Shown: positions 1-12,000 of the stretch, in pieces
How the letters are laid out: each line of letters starts with the position of its first letter
Numbering within the stretch: the first letter of the stretch is position 1
Source: Catajapyx aquilonaris
Taxonomy: Eukaryota
Assembly (NCBI GenBank): GCA_000934665.2
Contig: JYFJ02001568.1
Location: forward strand, 1 to 64,000
Reading direction: 5' to 3'
Length of the DNA: 64,000 nucleotides
Translations under genes and position numbers: made by a program
Notes under the pieces: model-generated
What the model was told of the DNA's origin: nothing
The model's database searches: none
What the model saw: only the letters and a program-made list of their open reading frames with translations

Positions 1-840
1 GGGGGGGCGCGAAATCTGAAATTACTTTCTAGGGGGGGCCGACGTGGCAAAGTTTGAGAAACGCGGCATTAAATGAAGGCGAGAACAAGTAGTTGTAGCT
101 GCAAAAATTACTTGGCCCACTCAATTTTAGCAAGATACTTCAAAAAAACGACTTGCGCAATAAGCTCACAAAGTGGTACAGGACATTAATAAAAAAGTAA
201 TGACCATATCAAATGCAGTATTAAATCACCACAATCCAGCCCAAAAAGCACAATATCTAAAAATTGGCCGGTATGCTCTCAAAATGATGACACACAAAAT
301 GCAAAACATGGACTAGAAGCAATGTCTTATAAGCAGTAGAACGTGAGAATTTCAACAAGAAAAACTTCACAGGATTGGTTTTCCCTTCCAGAATGTTGCA
401 GTTGGACTACTACACAACAATATGGAACACAGGAGAGGAGAGGGGAGTAATTCCTCTTCTACTGCAGCCAGTTGCTTCTTATTGCCACCAGTTGTGGTAC
501 TTTTGTAGACTTAAAACTAATAACTCGGCTGTCTTCATCCTTGAAAAACACTAGGTTGTCTGTACTTATAGTGAATCAAACACTTCTGTAAGAGCATTCT
601 TCCTGAATTCAGGCTGCAACTAACATGAGGTACAGTGCTGGAAAAAACTGCCTTATACCAAATGTGCATTAATCAAATCACGCTCTCATGTGCTTCCATC
701 CTTGCCCGGCTGTTTGAGCTCCTTTCTGATGTACAAGGCAGCATTTTCCATTATTGTACTTCCCTGGATTGCACCCTTAGCACTGGACCATCCTGCTTGT
801 ACCTTTGATCATCAATAAACATCGGCTGCAATATACTTAC

Positions 841-1350
841 GTAGATATAGTATCCTCCAAGAAGCCAGAGACTGAAGAACAGCATGAACAACATGACAAG
901 TCCCATACAAATAAACCATGGAATAAAGTAGCCCCTGCGTTCGTCACGAACTCCTCTGATCATCAGGTACGATGAGAAGATGAAGAAAAACAGGAAAAGG
1001 ATGACAAAGACGCCCACTGGAATCATGGCTGCCAAATAAAAAGAGCAATGTAAATACTGCTGTAAAACAGCTCGCATGCAGCTAACAGCCAACTTACTAG
1101 TCCGGATATCAGTTTCAAAATACGGGAGGTAAAACTGAGACGATTCTCCTCCTGCCACCACATATGCAGTGTATATAATGAGCAGTATGCTGAAACCCTG
1201 TTGACAAAATTACTCGTTATACAGGCACAAATTTAATGCGATGCTTGGTAGAGGCGTAATTACCCCTGTGTAGTAAGCAACGGCCTGGCTGGCTGTGCCC
1301 ACATTGTAGAACCAGTAGCACGGAGACCAGCATTGATCTAGCACAACCAT
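841..1350 (-). CDS. pasi1: Pasiflora-1-like tetraspan septate junction membrane protein (partial; last exon unresolved, probably left of the window)
   Basis: Exons 1350-1264, 1197-1098 and 1028-841 have GT-AG junctions and compatible phases. They translate to MVVLDQCWSPCYWFYNVGTASQAVAYYTG|GFSILLIIYTAYVVAGGESSQFYLPYFETDIRT|TMIPVGVFVILFLFFFIFSSYLMIRGVRDERRGYFIPWFICMGLVMLFMLFFSLWLLGGYYIY|gtaagt. The motifs AGGESSQ.Y.P.FETDIR, RG...PW and SLWL.GGYYIY match Drosophila Pasiflora 1 as I recall it. Confidence 0.75.
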
Positions 1351-3047
1351 GGTGGGCTGTCAGCACGGATCTGTAACAGTTCAATGCTTCATATGCCTTG
1401 TATGCTTCATAATACCAACAAGGAACTTAGGGGAAGCAAGCAGTAATGGTTTGTTTGGACTTGGAGTAAAAATAGAACACTGGTGCTGGCATGTTTGTGC
1501 CCAACCTGTTTTGACTCTTACTTGTTAGTACACAACTTAACACCTTGACCTGCATCATTACGTGGCATCCTGCGTTGTCCAGCACCGTACCAGTGTACCT
1601 CCAACACCAATCAATTGCATTAATTACACTAATTAAGCCTTAAAATGTACCGGGTTGTGTACCTGTCCACGCCCAAAGGAATATTTTTTCAGGGCGTCAA
1701 CTCCAGGCCTGCCAACAGGTGAGACACACCTGTCCTTGTATCGGATCAAAAACGTGCTTAATTTAAGCATATTTAGACCTGATTATGTTTAAAACTTACT
1801 AATTAAAAGAGCAAGATGTTTAAACTTAAACCGCGTTTAATTTTTAAACTGGAGCGGATTTTGAAGGTTTATAAGTTGGACCAGAGATGGCGGGAGTGTG
1901 CCTAATAAGGCAGTTTTCAAAGGCGGGCTTCACGATAGAATTGGCTTAGCCTGAGACTCTGTCTGTCCAAAGTATCACCTACGTATATGTAGTACTGTAC
2001 CACTACAACTGGGACGACCCTGAGAGTGGCAGTAGAGTGTCGAAATAGAGCGCCATCTATGTGCGGGTACGTCGGGGAAGGTGGGCTGGGCAGTGTTGCC
2101 AAGTTTGCTTCACTCTCGTATTTAATAACACCCTTTGGGACACACCCGGATGCTAAAAACTGCACATTATTTTGAGCGGGCCTGTACAACCACGAAGAGC
2201 AATTGACTCCTGCAAGCCCTATTGACCTCTTCCTAATTCGTCGTTCCTAAACCACCGTTACAATCAGCCAAAAAAATACCTCAGCCCACATGACACATAC
2301 ATTGTGCTTTACACGCGCACTGTTTGTAAGCAATGTACACAACAAGAGAGCGTCGCCAACAGTGAGGTTGGACTAATTGAACCGGAAGCCTACTTTTAAA
2401 AAAAATATAATGTTGGCACTCAAAAGAGGTTGTGACCATGACACCGATGGTAAGGAGGAGCTATGTGGCTGGGCCTCCACTTCGGGTAGTTCCTCTCCGA
2501 TATCAATAGAACGGAGCGTCCTCTACTATACTCTTTGGTACTGCCGGGTTTTGCGAAAAAATAATCTGGCAACTCCGCGTCGCCTAATTTTTTCGGACTC
2601 TTCTTTTTGCACAGAAACAGGAGCAGCACACAAGTGACCCACACACACTCGAGGGATGCTGGAGCTTCTGGCATAACTGGTTGGAGGGGACCATTATTGT
2701 TTTTTGTGTACATCTTTAGAAGAGTCTCGCCCACAGGTGTCAATGTCCGCTTGCGTATAAAGACATTTCAACAGGTGCCCCCGGGTGAGTTGCCTCTTCG
2801 GATTGCCGTTTATTAGTCTTACACAATAATTTTTATCTGAATATTGTAGCTCACAGTGGACACACCGCAAGGCCGTTGGCCGCGATGGTGGGTGGTAGAA
2901 GAGGGCATTGGATTGGCTGGAAGGACCCGGTTGTGGTGGTGGTTGTGGTGGGGATCCTCCTACCAGTCCAGGGGTTGTTGCCAACCTGCTTTGTAGGCAC
3001 TGTCTGGTTGTAATCCGGAATGCAGTGAAGGTGCAGCAGCAGCAGCC

Positions 3048-6000
3048 ATGGGTGATGTCAAGTGTCCGGATCGTGCATCGGTACCGGGCCACACACGGTA
3101 CGGATTCAGGTTCAACAGAAGCAGGGTTAACCTTGAGGATCCGCCGGGTGAGGTGGCCCAAAAGCAGACGAATTTGGTGTACGGCCCACGCCCATATGTG
3201 GGTCCAACCCCGAACCGGTACCGAGTGGAGACCTTCGTCCCTCTGAACTGCACCAAGCCCGGAACCCGCTGCGACTCCCCTTACCCTGAAGTGGATGGCA
3301 CCACCCAGCAGGAGACGACGTCGGCGTCGTGGCAACGGCGCCCTCATCACGACGCGCCTATCTTTAGGCACCCCAACGGAGACCCGTGCCAAGAATCGGG
3401 GTTGGGCAATAAGAGGCGAAGGAGGACTGCAGCTCAGCACTTGGCGTCTTCAAGAACCGACGCTTGCCAACAAGACGCTGGTGGCGCTGCGTCGACGTCT
3501 CAGAACGGCCGTGGAAAGGAACCGGTCTACTCCAAATTCAGGGCCTGTTTGGAACTGTTCGCCAAAGGGTTCAACAACGAGGTGTCGCCGCCGACGTCTC
3601 CATGCAGGAGGAACGTCGGAGGTGTCGGTCGACAGAACCCGTCGCAATGGAGCAACAATAGGACCAACGAGGTGCACACTTTCATCCCGACACCGACACA
3701 TAAACTCCCATTGAGCTCTCGGCTCAGATGGGAACCTAATTATAGAGCGGAGCAGCAGCAGCAGCAGCAGTCTTTTGGCGTGGCCGCATGTGATTCATCA
3801 TCGGTGCCCCCTTGCACCAACAAAAATACAGAAGACAAGGAGTGTTGCCAGAGTGCGGTACCGGACAGAAGCAGCTGGAGTGACCGGTCCAGCGACATCG
3901 CCGCGTCCAGTGTTAGCCTCAAGTGCGACAGTGACAGTGAAGTGTCCAGTGTGGTCAGTGAGGTGTCGGACGCTAGTAGTTCGCTGCTGCACGTGCCTGT
4001 CAGACATGTCAATGGCGGTAAGCAAGATGCGCCCAAGAATAGGTTCTTGCATTGTTCCTCGCACTCGTTGCATTGTGTCAAGCCGTTGTGTGGGATACCG
4101 GTCCTAGATGCTATCGGACGTCAGAATGCGGCTAGATTAGGGGACAGGAACCATGTGGGAAGTGGCGGGAATGACCTTTTGACCCCGGGAAGACGAAGGA
4201 TGAATCCGGACGGCGATTCTTCCCTGGCGTCATTCAAACCGGACAGACGAGGATCGACGAGCAAGAAAGCCACGACGTCGGGCAGCAGCTCTGATGGTCC
4301 GAGTGGTACCGGGTCCAAACCCAAACGGCGGGTCAGGCCCAAACCGGACATACCGGCCTACCTGAACCTGTGCCGGAACAAGTCTCCATCGCCGCCGTCG
4401 TCACCTCAACGGTCCGAACATGACGAGCGGGCCTGCATGTCCGACGGGGAGCGATGCGACGTCGAAAACTTGGAGAACCTGCTGTCGTCCCTGAATTTTG
4501 CCAAGTTCAGACTCGGCAAAGGCGGGGTCAAGGGCCCCAGGAAGGCCCTTCTCAGCAGCAAGGACAAGAAGGATGAACGCACCCGGTACCCAACCTTCGG
4601 TCGCAGCAAGGCTAGGAACGCCAAGGTGGACAAACTGCGACAACTGACCGAACGATTGAAGCCTCCAGCACCTGACACCACACCGAAAGAGGAGCCCATG
4701 TCCACTGACGACACACCCGAAGACACAGGTGCTTCTGGATATTCCCCGCCAGCACCAACCGACGACCCCAAAGTGTCGTTCATAATCGGCTGCGTTGATG
4801 ACGACAGCAACCAACCGGATTCTCCCACTGACGAACCAAAAGAGGACGACATCTTTGAAGAATCCAGGTTCAATCTAGGCAAGTTGAACTCGAGCATCAT
4901 CGTCGGTTCATACGCCCAGCGCACCATTCCTTTCCGGAGCGCCTCGTTCTCTCAAGTTGACGTCTCCTCTGACGGCAAGTACACTCGAAGCTCCAAAAGT
5001 CCAATAGCCCTGAAGCCAATGGCGTACAGCTTCAATCGGGAAGGTTCCACTTTGGTCGGTTCGGCCACGTTGCCCAGGAAGAAGTACGGTGACGTCAGAG
5101 ATGCAGCAGGCGATGGGGCAAATGTAAACTTACAGGAGCCAGAAGCATTTGAGGTATCGAGTAGGTCGGAGCAGGAAATGTCCACGGAGGAGCCAGACGT
5201 GGCTGTCGGAAGGAAGGGCTTGAAGAAGGAGGTGTCGTTTGACCAAGAGGAAGTGCTGGAGCTGCCCGAAGACAATGATGTGTCACCGGAGGAGGAACCG
5301 GACAATCAGGAAGAAAAGGCTGATTCGGACGATGATAAGTTCCCGAAGACGTTCGAGGCTTGTCCGGCGTCACCTCCGAACACGGACTCATCTTCGTCGC
5401 CGACAATGGACAGGCCGCAGCCTGAGTTTGCGGATGCGCCTCCAGCTGCTGGTGTGGTCATACCTGCTGTCCGGTTGTCCCTCAGCGACCGGGAATCGCG
5501 GACAAGCAGCCTGGACGATAGTGTACCGGACAGCGACGGTGGAGCTGGTACTCACACGGAGCTGTCAGACGACGTGACTGACGAGCCGGCCAAGACGGAA
5601 CCGGAGGTCGAGCCTATACCTGAAGCACCTCAGGATGACAACGACGACGATGAGGAGGACAAGGACGAGCCTACTCTGGACAGGACAGAAACCGGACCTG
5701 AGGACTGGACCACTGCTGTCGAACTGAAGGTAGATGACCACCCGAAAGGTGAGGAATGGCGTCAAACCAACAGTGACCCTATGGTGCAATCGGAGGACAC
5801 AGATACAAAAGAACCGCGCAAGTTACGAGCCAGCACCAGCCTGGAAGAGGAAGTGTCCGAAAAACACTCTTTATCAGTACGCCCTGTCCGCTGCCGCGCC
5901 CATACCATGACCAAGGAACGTCCTGCTGACCACCGAGAGCGTATATACTCCGGCGGATCCGAACTGTACCTGCTGAGTCCCCGTCGCAACGGAGACCAGC

Positions 6001-9000
6001 TGGAATCGGGCGACAGTCAACCTGACGTCCGATGTCGCACCCGGACAGTATCGCCATCCCCCATCAACTTCGATTCCGACTCGTCCATCAACAGCGACCG
6101 AGGCGTACCCAGAAGTCCGCATGGTCCACGCCGGTACTCCAAACGACCGCTTCGAGGACCATACGGCGAGATGCTGGAAGCCGAAATGAGCAAGTCGGAG
6201 TTGAACAAAGTGTTTTCCAAATCGCATCTAAGTGACGAACTGAACTTTCTACGAGACCTGACCAACATGCGCGACACAAAGTCCAGCTCCCCTAGATGTT
6301 CCAGCCCTGTGTCGCCCCAGGTGTGTCAAGGGGTCACGGCCGACCCTTGGCTCAGGTCCGCACCATTACACGCCAGTCACTCTCTGGACGACTCACAACT
6401 TAAGGTCAGCCCTGTAGTTTAAAAAATGGGATCTCAATATACAATCGTGGGGGTGCTTGAGTGTGCCGTCCGAAAATAACATAACCGCCATGTTGGCAAT
6501 GGTCCACCCGCATAACCAAACCGGCTTCCTTCCTTCCAGGTTGGTTATCACAGTTCATCCAGCAGTAGGGATGTTCCCAAGAGAAAGACCAGCGCCAACA
6601 TCCCTTACTTGCCCTCGGATTGCGAAATGGACTCAACCCCCATCAGCAGCCAGACCAACCTGACAGTTTCGCATCACCGGACAGCATCCAGCCCATCCCA
6701 ACTGCAGATCTTCACTGAAGGATTCACCTCCGAAGATGAACCGGAATTGGTCGAACTCATGCCTAAAGCCAGACTGTACGACTCGCTACCGTCCAATACG
6801 GACGCTAACAATGTGACCAGGTCCGCCTCGGTCAAGAGAAGAAGGGTGAGTGCATTGTTGTCGACTGGCGGCAAAAGAGCGAATTGAACAAATTCGCTCT
6901 TTTGCCACTATCCTGCCAACCCCACAACCCTGCAAGTGGTTGTCTACATCTCGGGCGTAAAATTTTGGCCAAAATGGTTCCGTTGACCCAATTCGCGATC
7001 CGGACTCAACATCCGTTGGCGATGCTCTATTTGCGGCGACCTCTCTACTGGCAAAGTTCCGTCTTGTTCCACCCACGTTTTGAACCACAATAGTAGGCCA
7101 GAGTTCTAGTGGCATTGTCTGCATAATAAAGATATTTGCATGGATGAAAACCATTGATCGCCATCAGGAGGTGGGTTGGGTGAGGGATAATGAAGTTGAG
7201 GGCTCGGGATCCTGATGTAATTACTGATGTGAAGCCAATTAAAGTGGTGCCTGCAGGTCAATCTCATCGCGGTTTCTATATACGGGGAGGGTTTGACACC
7301 CATGGCGAATATCGGATACAATTCTATACGGGGACTAAAAATGTCCAGGACAATCATTTCCTTGATAATGTGTTTCTTCGATTCGGTGTACCTCGTACCG
7401 TTAAAGTGGCCGATCTCTCAGGTGGAGTGTATTCTTGAGTCCAGAAGCACTTCAGAAGCCAGCAGTCTTACGTCACTCCAGCATCTTGCCTACGTCTTAA
7501 GCATTTCCTGCTGTGCCCACGTGAACCCACCTTCGCCCACCAAAACTCAACTGCTCTTTTATACATATACAGTATATATCCTACTTCAACCAATCGATTC
7601 AGATCCAGCAGAAAAACGATTTTAGAAAAGTAATTCGATGGGGTATTTTTCCCTTTTTAGCACCATACAGGGTGTATCAAAAATTCTGATCAACCTAATA
7701 TTACAACCAAAGCAGCTTGCAAATAAGCAGTTGGGTAAACAAGAGGCATGTTGGAGAATGCAAAAAAGTTATGGCGATGACCATGCGTTATGTACTGACG
7801 GGGGGACCGTGGATATTTTCAATTCTGGTGGGCTTGTTAACGTTTATTTTTATGCTGCCAGTGTGCGGGGGAAGTTGGCAGGAAATTATGTGTTGTTGCA
7901 GCACCGTTTTTGCAGAATAAGTAACAAGTGGAGGTACACATGACTGCATTGCTGCTGCGTAGGTCGATATATGCAGTGAACAAGGACTGTCCAAATTCTG
8001 GCAATACCGGTGTCATTTTAAATAATATAAATGATGCTACATACAGCATGGTTAATAGAAGCGCAATTATATTAGTGATATCAAGTTAGCGTGTAATGCA
8101 ATTGAAGCATTACATTGTCGGTGCAATAGCATGAAAATTGTATTAGAATTGTGGAGCGCTCCGTACGCGGGAAAGTGAACACATTATTGCTGCAAGGGGA
8201 ATAATGAAACGGTGAGACAAAAACATAGTCCCTTTTCTCGTTAAAACCGTGGGAATATTATGAGAAAAAGCATAATTAAACATGGGGAAGCACAGCTTAC
8301 ATTATTCTGTCATCCGTAATTTACTGACTGTACGTATTTTCTCGTTAAAAAGTAACGATGTTATACCAGGGATTTGTCATATAGCCGCATATTTTTGAAA
8401 GCAAATCCTAACTTCTAAAACGAATCCAAAATTAGACAAATTAAGTTCTCCAATCAACGTGCATAATTACGATCTAATACAGTACACCCGAGTTCTGCTT
8501 TTAGTAACCAACCAGATTTCCACTAATTTCTGGACATTTTGAATGGCCTCTTTCAGCCAAAATCATAAAGTCGACTCGAACCTTTTGCGTTTTGTTTCCA
8601 ACCGTTTTACAGGGTTAATATTAATTGCTGCTTTCCAGGAAAGTACACCCAGTTCGAGGAAGGAGATGTTTGTATTAAATAGGAAACAAGTTGTCATCGC
8701 CTTTGCGTTACTAAACATTTAAGCCGGATTTATTAGAAACTGAAAGTTCAAAGTGCAAAGAGAGCTTGCCTCAAAGCAAAAAAAAAACTTCTTTCAGTAC
8801 CTACTCGAACTTTTGATCAAAATCTCGTTTAACGCATTGTTGACAATCCCATTTCGCCATATCCAAGTGGGGGCATAATCGTTTGTATCGATTTCCTGCA
8901 GGGTCAGGCAACTGAGAGAAAAGGTAAAAGTCTGCAGAGAAAAAACCTCGTCTTGCTCGCACATTTCTGTGCTATAAAATACTGCAGGATGTATAGAGAA

Positions 9001-12000
9001 CAGCAAAACTGACACAAAATGAGCAAAATCCATATATTGATTTGGTTCATTGATCCTATTGTTGGCCGGATGATTTTAATTTGATGTGCACAGTGGCTCT
9101 GTGTGTTATGACAATGATCAGTCTGATAAAAACGATCAAGTATAAATCAATTTATAACTCATAATTTCAATTAAATGTTCGTAACAAATTACAGTGTGGA
9201 AGTATAAAAACTGATTTGTTATATTGATGATAATAATATTAAAGTAACTTTATTTAAACATTCAAGAACTTTATGTTGGACCCGTGTGAGTCTTCTGGGT
9301 GATCTACTCTGAACGCAATCACTTGAAATATATCCACATAATCTCTAGATCCGACATTTGATCGATATCCTACCTTCAGTACCTCGCCAGAACTTTCTTC
9401 CGCTGATTGTGATTGATAGAAAGTGTGGCTAGATAGGAATCAAGATTTAGTCCATGAGCTTCATCAAAATCCCTTTTTAACAGCTTTGGTAAGGTCGTAA
9501 GGATCAGTACCTTACAAAAAAAAAAAGGAAGCAGATATTGTCCAAAAAAAGTAATTTGAGGAATGAGCCTTTCTTGAAGATTGGCCCAGACAGCGTATTA
9601 CCACAATTGATTGAGTAACAATAGTATTAATAAATATGAACAATTGAAAATTTGGGAAAAAAATTGTATGCACGAATAATTTTTTAAATATTTTATGAGC
9701 AAAGGAATATCTAACATATATAACAGCTGAGGACATCAGGCATATCTGGGTTAATATCCAAATATTTGTAGAATGCACAGACAATCACATCATAATTTTT
9801 TTAGGGGATAATAATATTCGCTCCAAGTAATTGCGAACCCAAATATTTTTAGAGCGCACCCAACCCTGCATGTCGAAAATTCTGCCGCATTTCCCACGTA
9901 ATTCCATATAGCTGCAGCATGAAATTACTGAGAGCAAAGCCCGTCCGTCGCTCTAGTTACCTTGTAAGTGCACTTTGGCGACAATTGAATTACCCCTTGC
10001 CACCCCCATGGGCTTCCCTAGAGAGCAATAGAGTGTGGGCACATACAGATGAAGTACATGCTCAGAAGTCGCTCATTACCAAAGCCCAACCTGCAAAATG
10101 GATCCCCACCTCCGATAAGTGGATTCCTAAATCCTGTGCAGTTTTATTTTTTTGGCGGGTCCATTCTAGAGTTGGCTTAAAGCCACCCTCTAGAGTTAGT
10201 AATATCTGCACTTTCAAGGTTAACCCCCTCATGCCAACAGCAAATGTAAGAAAGTTTTTTTTGAAAAAATGCAGCAACTGAAAGGTTTCGATTCACAAAC
10301 GGGTCACTGTCTTTGCTATACACAGGCTCCCCAGCAGACCTATACGTAGAGCATGTCCCGAAATATACAAGTTCCACCCACCCTGCAAAAACCGCTCTTA
10401 GCTATTTATCGCAGGAAAGGCTGGGATTGGTCCGCTTGCAGTTTGCCATCGACATCTCCACACTTTCAACTTCATTTCCAGACAAGAGGCTCCCAAAATT
10501 TCTGCTGGATTCTCTGGCAGTAGTGCGCGAATAGTGCAGTGGTGTGCAGTGGTAGTGCGGTAATTCGGAGAGAACGGTACTTTGCTTACATATGCACCGA
10601 GTGTGTTATCCAATCAAACGCATTTATTGCCCAAATATTTTGAAACCTCAATTAGTCCTTAAAACCTGTGTTTGCATTAGGAACAACTGTACTTTCCGAA
10701 GAACTGTAAACAACTCTTTAACCTAATAGCTCATCCCCCGCATTATCATTTTGATAGGAAAATTCCAGCAGACAGTTGTAGATAGGACTTTTTAAAAAAT
10801 GGGGAGCTTAGTCGACGAAGCAATTTCTAGTTAATCTGCTGAAAATTGATGACTTTTTGGGGATGTAAAAAATAAGTTCAAGGGGGGTAAGGTAATGAAA
10901 TTGCCAACAAGGGAAAGGAAATTCCTTCGACTTGGGAAGGAGGAAGTGTAAGCTTGAACGGAATTCCAAATTCGCAGTATTCGCAAAGTGTAGCCTAATC
11001 CCAGACCGGAAATTAACGCCGTGGACGTGAGGTACTCCATATGTCGCTTAACCTTAGGTGGAACAACCGGGGTGCCAAAAAGGCAAAATGCCCACCACCT
11101 CACCACACACAAGCAAGCAGCAGCATCGATAAACGTTGCTTGTGCCAACACACATTGTGTGTATTTTTGTTGAAGGACATTGGACCTGATTATTATTGCA
11201 AATTATTTGTTGCATAGGTTGTCACATAATAAAATATTCCGTGAAAAATTAATTGCGAAAATATTTTATCAAATATTAGTATTAAAAGTCACTGTTGCGT
11301 ATCAACGTAATAGTGTTACGTTGTGTTGGGCATATTGGTAAAAATAGAGTAAGTGGGCGGATTGTCATGTGTCGTGCAGTGTCGCATGTTGATGAGGCGT
11401 ACCTGTCATTGCACTCGGAATTTATTCGATTATTTGCCTTTGACGGCGAGTCAGTCACAGTATGACATGCATTATTCCACCGTTATAAAGGAAGTAATTG
11501 CTTTGGAGTTTGGAATAATATTAAAGTAGATTTGCGATTTTGGTACAAGTCAAGTTTATGAGCAGGCGACGTTGACACCTACGTAGGGACGTAATGCATC
11601 CAAATGCACTTAACGTGTCGTGGGATGTCAGCATAAAAGGGGAGGTACACATGTAATTGAACTGTACATCACGATTCCATCATAATTACTTAGGACTTAC
11701 AGGCAGGAAAACATTCAGGCATTTACGTGTAAGTAATACGTATTATGAAGTTCATATTTTTGCAGTCAAAGTTCACTTATCTGACCCACATTAATATTCT
11801 GAGAAGCCAGCCGCTTTATTACCGTCCAAAGAGTTTATGAGCAGAACAAGTCCGATAAAAAAGCGAGGCCATTGTGAATTAACTCCTTCAGAAATACTGC
11901 AAATGCCTGAATATCATTTTGGATAATTACACATTAAAATTTTGAACTCCGTTTCCCTCAAAACACGTGCCGGTTAGCTAAACATTTAGGTCATACCCTC

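Noticed and set aside
1..70. hAT-MITE-like right end (G-rich, ...AAAGTTTGAGAAACGC)
   Set aside because: Truncated by the window edge, so the partner TIR and TSD cannot be verified.
751..840. Read-through of the pasi1 ORF to a stop at 751
   Set aside because: A strong GTAAGT donor lies at 840, and the read-through peptide lacks the fourth transmembrane helix expected for Pasiflora. The true last exon was not found in the window.
2694..3440. 248-aa minus-strand ORF and other ORFs overlapping the large ARHGEF17 exon
   Set aside because: GC-rich antisense or alternative-frame shadows with no recognisable motifs.
7667..7700. TACAGGGTGTATC, identical to the start of the MITE TIR at 49740
   Set aside because: Only 13 nt match and no partner inverted repeat was found nearby.
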